DNA of 64,000 bases, from the NCBI GenBank assembly GCA_002633005.1, contig NMRA01000244.1, positions 162,926-226,925 on the forward strand. Direction: 5' to 3'. Source of the stretch: Phoronis australis (taxonomy: Eukaryota > Animalia > Phoronida). Each line of letters opens with the position of its first letter. Position 1 is the stretch's first letter. The notes beneath the pieces are model-generated. The model was not told the origin of the DNA. It searched no databases and saw nothing but the letters and a program-made list of their open reading frames with translations. Position numbers and translations under genes: made by a program. Of the stretch, positions 12,352-24,982 are shown piece after piece.

Positions 12352-12518
12352 GTGAAAGGTGTATCCTTCAATGGATAGTAGAAATAATCGATCCTCCGTA
12401 TAATCACTCTTTTGTAGAAGTCGTTTCCAAGCTCACTCGCCTTCCTGGAATCATAGCCCACCTTCACGTCCATGGTCATGTTGCCAGGGCCAGTGGCATC
12501 TACCATCAATCTACGTAG
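12352..12518 (-). CDS. CACNA2D3: alpha2delta exon 19 (LRRLMVDATGPGNMTMDVKVGYDSRKASELGNDFYKRVIIRRIDYFYYPLKDTPFT)
   Basis: Open 167 nt, phase 0-2, LRxxMV and TPF motifs; corresponds to two vertebrate exons. Confidence 0.92.
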
Positions 12519-14890
12519 CTAGAAGTGAACCGAAAATGACTCCAGTCGTAATTTTAATTATTGTAATGCTGTCGTTTCGAACTTTGGATGGGCTTCAGTT
12601 CATTTCCTGGGCATGATGGTAAGAGCAGTTAAATCGAAGTGTCCTGCCAATTACACATGTCTGAGCTGAGTCAGACAAGTAAAGAGTTTTATTGACATTC
12701 AGATCACGACTCATAAACTAATTTTGATGTAAAATAGCGATAGACACGTCACCTGTGAGACAAGTGACCTGCACATGGGTTTCCACTGGAGAACCAATGC
12801 AGCATTCCGGTATATGTCTGCTGACTTCAAATGACTTACGCACTAATATAACAATCACAATCAAATGCAACTCGGGATTTTCTTATTTCAATTCACAAGG
12901 CAGAACGAGGCTTCAAGTAATTTTGGGAACAAAAGATGGGTTACTTTACTCAATCGGTTTCAGTGTGCATATCAAAGTATATGAAAGATGTCCTCGTAGA
13001 GATACTGGCAAGAGGACGAGGTGAATTCAAACCATATAAACGCAAAATCGTTCTAAACTAACACAGATAAAAGAAGTTTAGGATGCAACAACGCTGCATA
13101 CTCTGTCAAATCAAAACTAACTTTTTATCCAGTCCACTTACTGTTTCGTCGTCGTCCTAACTCAAATAATAATTGATTTCAAGGCGCTGAGAAAAACTGG
13201 TAGTTCGTGAATACTTCAGCCAGAACGAGGCTGAGCTCCGTCGACTGCAAGACATTAGTTTGCACTCGTGGCCAAAAAATATTCACGAAATGGAAAGGAA
13301 ACACATAATTCAATCCCACAATGCAACACTTCGGTGGCCGCCATTTTGCTAGGGCTCGCTGGTAAGATCCGGAGCATACTCGCGAAACACTTGCTTTTCA
13401 TTTGCACGGTTTTGGGGGGTGTTGCCGAGAACTTGCTTTCCTTGCCAGATTTTAGGTCTACGAAACGCTATCCAAGCAAACAAAGGAAAGGAACTCGACT
13501 ACGTTGCTTTGAAAATCCGAATAAACTGGAGAAAACGTTTGTTTTTTTAACACTAGAAGTGACATGGCATATGTCAGATGTATCGCAACTTTGCCAAATG
13601 TCAGATGTATCGCAACTTTGCATCTTCTGACTGCGGGTGTGCGTTTTAGGAATAATTCTACAAGGTCTTGTTTTACTACGTCGTCAGTTTACCACGTTTT
13701 CCGCGCTTTTTGTAAACGGAGACCCATATGGAAACCGTACGACTGTTATAAGTCTCCCTTCAGACTCTGCGTAAAAAGAAGTCGTAAAGTTGCAGCCTTC
13801 TATTGAAACAATCACCACAGTCGCCAGTTTAAAGTAACATGCCCCACAAAGATTTTAACATAACTTAAGAAATGAACCCAATATACTATAAACGTTTCTA
13901 CATGAATTTGGTAACTAAACAATTTCTGATCCTCACTTGTGACTCCAAGGGTCACTCGTCTACAAAATGGGACGCCGCCATACATTCAAAATCCAGACTA
14001 CCCGGGAATGTGAGTAGGCCTAATCTTACTAAATTTTGTCATCCCAAACCCCACCCACCCGGTCGCCACTACTTTCCTCGAGATGATACCAGGAACCGAA
14101 ATCACTCGCCCGAGATGATATCCGAGAGGGCAAAATATCCATACTAAGAACACATTCCTTTCAAACACATGAGAAACACCTCTCCCGGCTCAAAACGTAA
14201 AGGAACAGATGTGCACTCTTGAACATAGATAAACAGACACACAAACGAGCTGACCACCACCTCAGCCACTGATACCTCATCAAACTCGTTCACAATGCTT
14301 CCATTGCCAGATATGCCGTCAGTGAAGTAGGCTGTCGACGCCGACTAAACAGATGATAGTGTAAAAGAAGCGTGCATACACATGACAGTGGTACAGACAA
14401 CATTACATTCGGGTTAACACTGATCAATAAATACCGGACATCGTAAACTGTTACGTTGATGCGCACGAGCGTCCGTTTCAACGCTGAAATTTGGCGCAGC
14501 TGATGCAGGCGCAAGTTTTTTTAATCAACTGCTAATGCGAACGCAACTAGTTCCGGAATACAGAATATGCCTATACAGACACCGTTGGCGCATTTTGACA
14601 CCAATATTAACAGCTTCTCAGAATAATGGCGACAATCAGTTGATAAGGGACACATGACCAATATTGAAAATACGTGAAAAGGGAATTTTTTTCAAGTAAA
14701 AAGTGCAGCGTAGATTTCACAATCACGTTTTATAAAAAGGGCCCCTGGTAATAAATTTGGAAAAGAGAAAAATACTGGCGCACTGAACTCAATAGTATTA
14801 AGCGTAGTGATAGTGGCCCAGTATCAGCCACAGTCTGAGAAGTATTCCAACATGGCGTCCTACCTTAGACTTTGACATTCGACAGCTTAC

Positions 14891-14968
14891 CTTGTTCGCG
14901 CTGTCAGAAAACTCGACTTCAGCCAAGTCAACGTTATTGTAGTGTGGTTTTGCTTTGTTATTAGCCGT
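14891..14968 (-). CDS. CACNA2D3: alpha2delta exon 18 (TANNKAKPHYNNVDLAEVEFSDSANK)
   Basis: KPxYxxVDLxEVE motif, phase 0-0, 78 nt. Confidence 0.94.
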
Positions 14969-15102
14969 CTGTAAAAATAAGCAGAACACACAAACATAAC
15001 TGACGTCCCACGGTAATTTTTTTAAATATGGTGCCAGTGAAATCTTGTTCGATTATCAATTCGTCGTGAAGTAACTCTAATACATGGCATCAATTAACTC
15101 AC

Positions 15103-15177
15103 CATGGGTCGGAACTCCGGGTGGAACAGCACATAACCATTGTTTGTAATAGCGAACACGTAACCGTTGACTCCCGT
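15103..15177 (-). CDS. CACNA2D3: alpha2delta exon 17 (TGVNGYVFAITNNGYVLFHPEFRPM)
   Basis: Cache motif GYxFAIxNNGYxLxHP, phase 0-0, 75 nt. Confidence 0.97.
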
Positions 15178-15735
15178 CTGCAAAATACAACGGTGCATAT
15201 TCTATACACAAGAGAACTGCTTCACACTAACTGTTAAGCCAATTCTTTTGTGGTCTCAAACAGACAAACTATAAACCTTCGTGAACAGTCAGTGAACTGC
15301 ATTTAAAACAATGCGGCTGATCTACCTTTTACAGACACGTTCTATCTGACATCTAATGAAAATTCTACATTTCACGAGTGAACGCAGTATGATATCAAAA
15401 ATGACTCGGCTCCAGGCTGGATTTAGGCTTGGTCGGCTATCAGCGTAGATATTTGATTAGTTGCCACAGACCAGTTCGAGCTAACGAAGGGCCAGTAATG
15501 AGAGCCTTGGTTGACTTGGCGTATTTGTGAATCTTCAGAGAATCAAGTACAGTAGAAGCCCCCAAGCGAAAATACTCAATGTGGCCATTTTTACAGAGGC
15601 CGCGATCAAGGTACCTCGCCCATTGTTTAGTGGTCAGTGAATTGTACCTATTCAGTAGTCTCAAATGGTCATGAACGGTTAGTTACCTCCTTCCGTATTA
15701 AGACCACATTACCCAACCTTGACCTAGCCTCTCAC

Positions 15736-15816
15736 CTTGTATTTGGGAGTCAGTTTGTAGATTTCCTCCAGTGGGACATCAGTGCCAACCACACCCAACA
15801 GGTTACCTTCTGAAAA
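15736..15816 (-). CDS. CACNA2D3: alpha2delta exon 16 (FSEGNLLGVVGTDVPLEEIYKLTPKYK)
   Basis: LLGVVGTDVP hallmark, phase 0-0, 81 nt. Confidence 0.96.
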
Positions 15817-16909
15817 CTGTCAAATAGCATACTTGTGAGGTTAGTGGTTCGCACTTTAATTGTTGCGCATGCCCAATGATGCGCAGCGCATGAAGTGCAT
15901 CATCATTCGGTATGCCAATATTCGCAGACAGTAAACGCTATGTGACAATATCACCACTAGTCTCAAATTTATTCTACTATGTTAGCAATGTTCGTTAAGA
16001 CGCTTAAGCAGTGTGTCAATATATTAATAAGTTTCCTAAAATGCATTCCTCGACAATAATTTTGACGGAGGGAGCAATTGGAAAATTAGGATATTCCGAT
16101 GATTGGTAGAGTGGACTCGAAAAGGGGGGATATATTGAGAGGGAGCTTCAGAAAGTCCGTCTATCGCAGAGCTTTGCTCCCAAATTATCACCATTTTGTA
16201 AAAACATAAATCTTACCCTTCTTAGTGCGGATTCTCGAACAGTTGTTTGTAAATCATTACCAGTGCACGTGTTGCCATGCAGTCAGAATGAGTAGATCTT
16301 TCGTAAAAGTTTTAAGGCAGCGATATTATCCTTATGTAGATATTTTTAGTTGAAAAAGAAGTGTTTCGAACTTTCGAAATTAACCCTTTTACAGGAAATT
16401 AAGTCGTAGAATTCACCTTTTGCAAGGGTCAGAAAAGACGCTCTTTCGTTTGAAAGTTGGTTGAGGAAAAGTCATCAATTCTAGCGCCAAGTCCCGCATA
16501 TCTCTCCCCCGGGTATGACTATGTTTGCCACGGTAAAAAAAATTGCAGGCGGTATGATACAGGTTGTACCTTACGTGCGCAGGCCGCGCATGTGGGCCCA
16601 TTGCACTGATCACCTGGAACCATTTTCATGCTTTTTGCCACAGTAATTCATGTGTTACTAATTTGGCACGTTCGTATAGTACAGTACATTTGCAAACAAA
16701 CTACGTTTGCCTGGATAGAGTTCAGTAGTTGTCTTGCGACTAGAAAATCTAGCCAAAATCACGTGTTCTCATTTAAACTACGCGGCAATGTCTGCGTAGC
16801 CTCGCGAAGATTTTCCTTGTAGCCACGTCCTAGCGTAGGTACTAGCGTTACTGAACTCTACCCTGTTTTTTAAGGCACGACTATAATTATTCATGTAATT
16901 TATACAAAC

Positions 16910-16966
16910 CGTTTCTTCTCGGATGTCGTAGACCGGTTGCGCCACTGACGTCATCATTTTAAGACC
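16910..16966 (-). CDS. CACNA2D3: alpha2delta exon 15 (GLKMMTSVAQPVYDIREET)
   Basis: Matches the LMTTVAxPVF segment, phase 0-0, 57 nt. Confidence 0.9.
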
Positions 16967-19900
16967 CTGGTAATCAAATAAGCAAAATACGCTCAACTAT
17001 CATGAATACATAAAAAGGTATTTTCAAGCAGTTTAGGCAGTACTCTGAATAACTCGGATTAATTGGTTTCACAAGTTTAATAAAATTTATTATTTGTGTA
17101 TCAGGGTACGAAAAATTAACAAGTAATGTATGAGAGAGACTAAATTGTAAAATTATCAGATTGGTTATGCTGAAAAATCATATTTCACTTTACTCATGTG
17201 AGGAATTAATTAGCTCCGAGCACGTGGATCAGCCATTGGGATAGACTTGTACAGAAACTAAGCATGATAATTTATGAACGGTGTGGATGCACGGTCCTTG
17301 TTAAAAATGAATGTGGCTGAAGGGAGCAACCGTGGTATAAATATCGGTTACGTTATCAACTTAAACAGTGTGGTTCATAAAAAGTGAAAATTAAAATTGT
17401 GTGCATGGATGTGAAAATAACTGATACGAGGTGAAGTCAATCACAGGTGGTACAGCAGGAATAATCTTAGAGGATCGAGACTTTAAAATATTTCAATTAA
17501 CTTGAAACAAACTCGTCATACCCTTTAGAACTGACAGCTGTGATGCACAGCACTCGAAAGTAATTTTATTGTTGAACATACTAGTAGATTAAAACCTCCC
17601 GTCCGCATTACATGGGATTTGTAGGTGGCGCTGAATGCATGTCCACCAAAGACCTGATCGCCGTCTGGTGGGCTAGTGAATTTCAATATGGCGCGGCTAT
17701 TTCGAAAGTCAGCTATTGGATGCCTTAATCGGTTGACCCGGTGGAACCGTGCAGTCAACGAAACTTTCTTGAACTCGTGACAGGTCAAAAACAATAGTAA
17801 ACAAACATAGCATTGTGGGAAATGTGGTTAGAGGAGAAGAACAATAAATGTGATGGAAGAAAATATGACAAGAATTAGCACGCGATTGAAATTGATATGC
17901 ACGGCACTCAGTGGGTAAGTGGTTGCGTTGATTAACGGCATTATAATAGCATGGCCTCTCTCATATCAGCAAATGATATTGTGGGCTGTTTGATAGACCT
18001 CCAGAACATTATTCAAAGCTGCAATATATCTGCCTTCTGCCAAAAAAATACTTGTTGAGTTACAAACTGGTCTCCGACTGTTTATCAGCCTCAAATGTTG
18101 AGAGAGCATGGCTCAGTGATTTGAGCACCGGACTCCCGTTTGGGAGAACCAGGTTTAAGTCCTGGCTTTACTGCCAAGCAATCGAGCATTGCGCAAACGT
18201 GTCTGACTCTCCCATTCCTCTGAGCTTCGCCTTAATAGTGAATGTATTCGAGGGAGTGAATGAGAACCTGGATACAACTGCGGAAGCGATTTCTGAGGGT
18301 GTGCTAATATTTTTTGAAGAAACAACGGTTGCCTTTACTCGGCGGGGAAGTGACGCACCGATCCTGTTCTCGAGAATTCACGTGCACGTGCTGTCACTTC
18401 TTTCCAAGCCTAGAAATAACCTCTTAATTGAGCCAAGAACAAGTAGAGATCATTTCTTCGCATTAAGTGGTCAAAACCAAAAGTTAGTTTTAGCAGAAAG
18501 CGGGTTTATATTTTGTTTAATTAAAGTGTTTCAAAACCATCATTTTCAAGCAGAGAAATGAGACTTGAAAACGATCAGTTGGATCGCTGTGGGAGTCTGA
18601 AAGGCGCTCAGCTTATTATCGGCTGTCCCGTGTGCTGTAATAGCGGGAACGACCAATGACACACGCTTTTACATCTGTATGTGCGGTTCTGGAGAGATTG
18701 TTTGATATTTTTACGTTTTTTAAATAAATTTTAACTTCTGTATGGCGAGTCGTTGTTTTTGTGGCAGTTGAACCATTACGGTTTTCAGTTATGCCGTGTT
18801 TTTTGTTTTTCCAGGGGTAGGTACTCGCTAGAAAACGACACCGGTTACTTTTAGACGAAAACGTCATTGTTGATTTACAATGAGTATTTCGATGAGTCAT
18901 GGGTTAACAAGAGGAATTTGCATGACTTGGAGTTTCATCGCTCAAAATGTAAGTTTGTGAGAACTGAGAGCATACTTGTTTTCAAGAAATAAAGGGTTAG
19001 TTAGGTAATTTTCAATTCCTAGTTCAGACGAAGGTCGCGCATCATCCTGTCGAATTCGGTTTTCCCTGGTCAAGCACGGCTAGTGACTTCACATTTTCGA
19101 CAAAATTGTGTCCATTTTTCGTTAAGTTATTGTCTATGAATAGTTTGGGATTGCAAAACACACTTAGAGACAAACACTTCACAGTGAGCTTCCATGTCAA
19201 AAGTTTGAAAATGGTGGTTTTTAGCCCTGTCTATGTTTGGTTTGTTAAACATGTCGAAGAGACCTGAGTTTTGGACAGTAAAACTGTTCCTTAAAACAGT
19301 TTTGGAGTGGATGAACAGGGTCTTTGTCGATATTATAATGCCGTTAATAGTGTTCAAAATTGTGACAAGCCAGGTAGACTGGAATCACTAACAACGTCAG
19401 ATGGACGAGTACGAATCCAAGTGGTGGTCATCTGACGGACATTACGCCTCTTCTTTTCCACATGCTGCACAGAAATGAACAATATGTCAGCACCTTCAAT
19501 CATTCAATTGTTGAACCTTATCCTGATTTAGAGATAGCAAACCCGATATTTCATCAAACGGAAACGACATAACAAAAATAATGCTACTGCCAGAAAATAA
19601 CATTTAAAAGCATTAATGCGCTCTAAAAGGTGTTGAACACGTATACCTATCTATGACACAGGTATTTAATGCCCATCATTTACACCATACAACACGTGAC
19701 TACAGCACACAACAGATAACAGGCCACGTTACTATATCGCATGACACGAAATAGGTCTCATGACTACAGCGGATCCGCTTCCGACAGAACTTTTTATGAC
19801 CTGTTATAGCCAATACTCTGCTCCGGGCTGGTTTACCTACTAGACACCTGAGTGACATTGTATGACTTTTTAAAAGAACAATGCATTACGTGTGTTTTGA

Positions 19901-20265
19901 CTGGGATATTTCGAAAGCACTTTTTATCAGTTTACAGTTTTTTTCCACATGTGCCGCCACGTCACGCGAGCTGCAAATGCGACCTGGCGTCCATAGTGGA
20001 TTTGAACCACGAATCGGCTGACAACAGGGTTACTGTCTCCATGCAATCGTTTGCCATCTGTCGAAAGCGTATGTAAACGCATGACATCGCATGTTTGACC
20101 GAACAAGAGACTACGCAGAATTATAGCAGACGAACAACGTCAAAAACGGACACAACTTCAGGATAAACTACTAAATTACAAATAGGAAATACGTCACAAA
20201 AAGCAAAACAACATGTCAATTGATTGGTTAGGGGTGATTTATCATATCGTGTGACACAAACTTAC

Positions 20266-20349
20266 CGCTACATCCAGGTAGACACTGGTCCATATTGTGT
20301 TTTTGGCGCGAGACATAACCAAGGGTCGACTAGCCACGTTCACGTATTT
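20266..20349 (-). CDS. CACNA2D3: alpha2delta exon 14 (KYVNVASRPLVMSRAKNTIWTSVYLDVA)
   Basis: SRP and WTxxYLD motifs, phase 0-0, 84 nt. Confidence 0.96.
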
Positions 20350-20727
20350 CTGGTGAAAATAAAAATGAAACTCTTGATGCAATATCTTAAACCTACATTT
20401 GGCCTTGCTTAGCTGGTTAAAAGCAAAATCAACATACGTCGCTTACTCTCCTAATATTCCTTGTTTTGGTGGGATTCAGTTTCCGTTACCAACAAGAATA
20501 TTGAAACATCAGCAACTTAATAAAACGCTTCAGAGTTTATTGGAGTCGGGCAGCCTTAAAATTGCGAACGTGTTGACCAGGAAATCGCCATGCGGCACAA
20601 CATCGGATCAATTTGCCGTTTACATATCAGAAAAGACCTTTACCCTTAGTTAGCGCTAATGAATGGTCCAGATAATATTCACTAAATCGCATTGCGGTGA
20701 TCAATCTACGGCCGACTGTAGGCCTAC

Positions 20728-20777
20728 CTGGACATTTTCTTGTACATCAGCCAGTGTGGATATGTGTGTATAGTACC
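20728..20777 (-). CDS. CACNA2D3: alpha2delta exon 13 (GYYTHISTLADVQENVQ)
   Basis: Near-identical to alpha2delta-3/4 ISTLADVQENV, phase 1-0, 50 nt. Confidence 0.96.
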
Positions 20778-21250
20778 CTGTAATGAAAAGTACGTGATCA
20801 GTGATTTACCATCCATTAAAAGAACATTGTTTTTTCATAATAACGCAGCAAAATAAACAAAAAGATATAACGCAGGGACGGGTCCGTTTATATATTTAAT
20901 ATTTTAGATTACCTAAATATCTGTATGGGCGTTGTGTGCCTGCGCTACTTTTTCCAAAAATGTATAAAGAGTTTAAAGCCATATAAGCCTTTTGAAAACC
21001 CTGTGAAACTGCATAAAAAACAATGAAACATTCAGTGTTCTCATGCAGGTCCTCTCTATAACATGCCAACATTTTTATTTGCATAGATCATCTTGTAAAC
21101 AACTTTCGATGACAGAAATAAAGCTTGTGAACACTGAGTAAGTCTGAAGCCGCGGAAATTTTGTTTCACGCGTTAGATCGCGATCAACAAACGGATGTTA
21201 AAAAACAACGCAAGGACATCACTTTTTCTCTAGGAGGAATATGTATTCAC

Positions 21251-21329
21251 CTTTGTTTGAGCAAGCCATCCACTGGACTTCTCTGGTTGCTTTCACTTCT
21301 CGACCAATGAGGTATGTGAACACTCGAAT
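21251..21329 (-). CDS. CACNA2D3: alpha2delta exon 12 ([27 protein letters not shown])
   Basis: VFTYLIG and WMACxNKG motifs, phase 0-1, 79 nt. Confidence 0.97.
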
Positions 21330-22195
21330 CTGCAGAACAGTAGAATTAAATTTAATGTCGTGTGTTTGACAATCTGTAAAGAAACACAAATGGACAGGCA
21401 CGTTCTTGCGGAATTATTTTTTTTAAATTGTCCGGAAGCTTGAAAATTTTGCCATGACAACAAAAATGTAGGATTGTGAGCCCTGGCTGTTCACTTTAGT
21501 AAAAATTTTGCCGAAAATACACAAAAAGACTCAGATGAACGGTCTGGTCGATATTCCTTTTCACATGGCAATGAGGTGATTGGAATTGTTGTATATACAT
21601 CCATTTTGTACATCCTCTGAACTAGACAAACCGCCAAACAAGGGGGTAAATCTCGGCGGTCAATAGAGCCACAATAGGCAGCTCTGATTACACACCTGCT
21701 ATGAAACATCGATTTCAGGCACCAGTTATATAAAGGCAAATCAGCTCAGCGCTAGTATATGCCTACATCACTGGACAAGGGTTATTTAATTAACCTAGCC
21801 AGGTGATTTTGGTACAGAAAGTGGGCAAAATACTAAGAAAATTAGACCAATGTACAGTTTTCTCATGTTTCATACCCGCAAATCTTGAAGTTGGTGAGTA
21901 CATGTGTATTTTTAGGATGCGCGCATCTAAGTTGACTACAAAAAGTATCACAGAATTGTCTACGCTTGGAATATAGGCTCCTGTCTCACCGAGGTAGTCC
22001 TTTATAGAATCTAGAATACGGGAAATGTGTTATACAATTTGACTAAGAACTTCATGAATGGTGTCGTATAAGAAGCATGTATCAGTCAAATTTGCCCCCA
22101 TTTCTGCCAATCCCCTTCCTGTTTCATTAATATGTTTCAAGACCTTAAAAGACGCCCTCCCTCGTACGTTCTGCGAACGAGTTTGGCATTGTTAC

Positions 22196-22309
22196 CTGTT
22201 TATCCGGCCAGTTGTACTTTTTAAACACGTCAGCGTACATTTCGGGTGATCCATCCGTGACAAGCATAATGGCTTTGTTACACATTGCTCCTTCACCAGA
22301 TTCATTGGC
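22196..22309 (-). CDS. CACNA2D3: alpha2delta exon 11 (ANESGEGAMCNKAIMLVTDGSPEMYADVFKKYNWPDKQ)
   Basis: CNxAIMLxTDG and KYNWP motifs, phase 0-0, 114 nt. Confidence 0.96.
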
Positions 22310-22756
22310 CTAACAAGAAAATAACCCTACTTTAACACGTGATTAAAAAAGCTATTACGTTTACTAAGACAACACCCACTGAAGCACATCCGAAGTTTGA
22401 ACATCTGGAACTACAGCCAACCACTCTTAAAATTGTTTTGTTAAGTGGCCTAGATATTACCGTTACTTTACTCTAAAAGGTCGGTTATGCGATAATATTC
22501 AGTCAGCCATCTGCAGATTAGCCAGCATCTGCCATTTTTTTATTTTTCAATTGATTTTGGATAAAATTATCCATCTACCGTCACGTGCTAGGACGACGGA
22601 AAAACTATATGTCTGCCACGGTAAGTCAAAGTAACTATATGATTATTGTATACAAAATATTATGTTGTCGACAAGGTGGTTTACAGGGTATTTCAACTTG
22701 CTTCAGAAACTTAAATATCGAGTTTTTCGCCAGTTTTTACCCTTATCGAACCTCAC

Positions 22757-22861
22757 CTTCATCAGGAGCTCAAAGCCAGCCACCAAAGCCTTGTCCACGT
22801 ACGCGACGTTTCCAATGTTCTCTTCTACGTCCGTTACCTTAGCCAAACCTTTCTTCAGTCT
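22757..22861 (-). CDS. CACNA2D3: alpha2delta exon 10 (RLKKGLAKVTDVEENIGNVAYVDKALVAGFELLMK)
   Basis: AG/GTGAG boundaries, phase 0-0, 105 nt. Confidence 0.92.
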
Positions 22862-23396
22862 CTACAACATAGAATCACGTCCCCAAGATGACAAGTAACG
22901 CAGGTTTGTAATCTCATTTAGGTTTTTTGAGCGCATCTAGAACGTTTTACTTCACTATGTCACCTCCATTTTAGGGTACTGGACCTACTGCTTTCGATGA
23001 GTCCGGGAGCGACACCTATAGTCCCAGGCAGTAGCCGTGGATGCTACAGCGTTTGAGATCAATTCCCAAGCGGTAAGAATTTTTTTTTTCAGTTTCTAAG
23101 GTTGCCTATTTGCAAAATAAAACAAACTAAATTAATCAAGCCTTTAACAGAAATTAGGATACAATGAAAGTATTACTTTTTGTGGTAGATAATAAATGTT
23201 CTTGAGATTCGACGTCAACTTGAGAGTGAACGACGAACCTATGAAACATCACGCTAGCTTTGTTAGCTGTGACGTTCATCTCATCCTGAAAGTCGTGACG
23301 TGTCAAGGTTTGGCGTTCTGGTACACATTTACGTCGGTTTAAAGGTAAAACTGCCCATCGTGTGAGACCCGTACGTAGTAACTCTTTCATACATAC

Positions 23397-23471
23397 CAGT
23401 TTATTTTTTTCTGTAGCCTGAACCAGGGTACCGTTGAAACAGCTGTCCACGAACTTTGGTTCTTTTTGGAA
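23397..23471 (-). CDS. CACNA2D3: alpha2delta exon 9 (FQKEPKFVDSCFNGTLVQATEKNKL)
   Basis: CFxxxLVQA motif, phase 0-0, 75 nt. Confidence 0.95.
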
Positions 23472-23858
23472 CTACAGAGATCAAGAATACGATTCAAAGC
23501 CACTAATTCGTCTAGGGTTGATGCCCTTTTTCATCGACTTAATATAACATGCAATCAATATGACAGCAATCTTCATTTTAATGAGCAAAATTATGCTCTA
23601 GAAATTGATACCCTGTTATCTGTTTTTATTGATTGATATCACGTGACTGTCGTGTTGTGATACTGAGTATTGGAAATGATGTGCTACCAATCTACATGTG
23701 TTGCTCATTGGTTCTCACTGAGTTAAAACATATTATGGATTCTACCCATGAACCCATCACTACTTCAACGTATACTGCCCTATCCGTCATGCCGCTTGTT
23801 CACTCAATGTGCACCGTTCACACTAACCCATTTCCATAGTTTACTTTATGCCACTTAC

Positions 23859-24009
23859 TGTAATAATATTGAAGAAATCATTGTCGCTCAGCGTTTCCAA
23901 TATTTTAAATACTGTACTTTTAGCTATATCCATAGTCTGGCCCAGCATGCTGCCACTTGCGTCCACAAGGATGACCACATCTTTGGGGGACGCTGCCGCT
24001 TGGATGTAC
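23859..24009 (-). CDS. CACNA2D3: alpha2delta exon 8, VWA start ([50 protein letters not shown])
   Basis: MIDAS DxSxS, phase 2-0, 151 nt. Confidence 0.97.
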
Positions 24010-24532
24010 CTGCGGTGACGTCACACGTAGGTATGAACTAACTTCCGGTTAATTTGACACAAACCGTAGCGGTATTAAATGTTAAATAAAACGTGCCATG
24101 AATTTATCGTTATGTAGCGTTAGGTCTATCTTGTACAGAGGTTTGGCAGGAAATTGACAAGTTTTGCTTCCAATAATAATGAATACCAACAATAATGTGC
24201 TCTAGTGAATGATACTTTGGTACTGGAGTTATCTTCAGATTCGCAAGGTTGCCTCCACCTTGCAAAGATTGTCAACGACCTTTTATCGACCAATGAAGTG
24301 TGAACAGAACAATCAATGAGTACAGATAACGTTCAAAAGTACGTCACAAGCAAGCTTCTATTCAAGTTTAAGGAACAACTGAATAACGTTCGGCTAGTTA
24401 GGTAACTATGCAGAAAGCAAACTAAAAGTGCCGTAAAAGAAGGCTTAAATGTCTCTTTAAAGAAGCAGTGATTTTCCACACATTCCTGCTCTGAGATAGA
24501 GATGCATAGTTTTCGGAGATTCGTATTCAGTA

Positions 24533-24668
24533 TTTGACCTATCGCAAGCTCCGCCCCCTTGCATAATGTCGACTAACAAACAATAAGTTTTACCCGGCAA
24601 CGTGTTCGTGTAATATGGCGGCTTGGAAATGAAGGTGTGTCAAGAATGCTGCGTTCTGATTGGTCAAT
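24533..24668 (+). mobile_element. MITE family A, copy 3 (truncated)
   Basis: Direct match to the first about 135 nt of 7189-7367. Confidence 0.75.
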
Positions 24669-24924
24669 TGACAGTGTTCGCAAGAAGGATGCAGAGATGA
24701 AGCTTAACGTGAGACTACAACCACCAAGTTACTTTGTTTTTCACGCCGTGTTATAAAAACCTGATACTGAGCAAACTATTGTTAGTGCTTTCATCTTAAT
24801 CGACAACTTGGACATGAAATTCTGCATTTAAATAATTAAAATAACACTTCAGTGACATGCTTTGTACAATTGCTCGGGAACTGAAGGATTCGGGGAACAG
24901 AAGGATTTGGGTAACGAAGCTTAC

Positions 24925-24982
24925 CATTGTTTAATACGTGAATCATAAAAGTCACTGAGCATGCTGTTAGGCCATTTGAAAC
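24925..24982 (-). CDS. CACNA2D3: alpha2delta exon 7 (GFKWPNSMLSDFYDSRIKQW)
   Basis: ccatag acceptor, GTAAG donor, phase 1-2, YDxRxxxW motif. Confidence 0.93.

Noticed and set aside
12435-12440. GC donor splitting exon 19 into two exons
   Set aside because: The intervening 27 nt is too short to splice, lacks a terminal AG and is in frame.
18052-18561. 169-aa plus-strand ORF; on the minus strand a stretch AEGRYIAALNNVLEVY faintly like a RhoGEF DH helix
   Set aside because: No recognisable family or splice support; the minus frame has several stops and the match is too short to trust.
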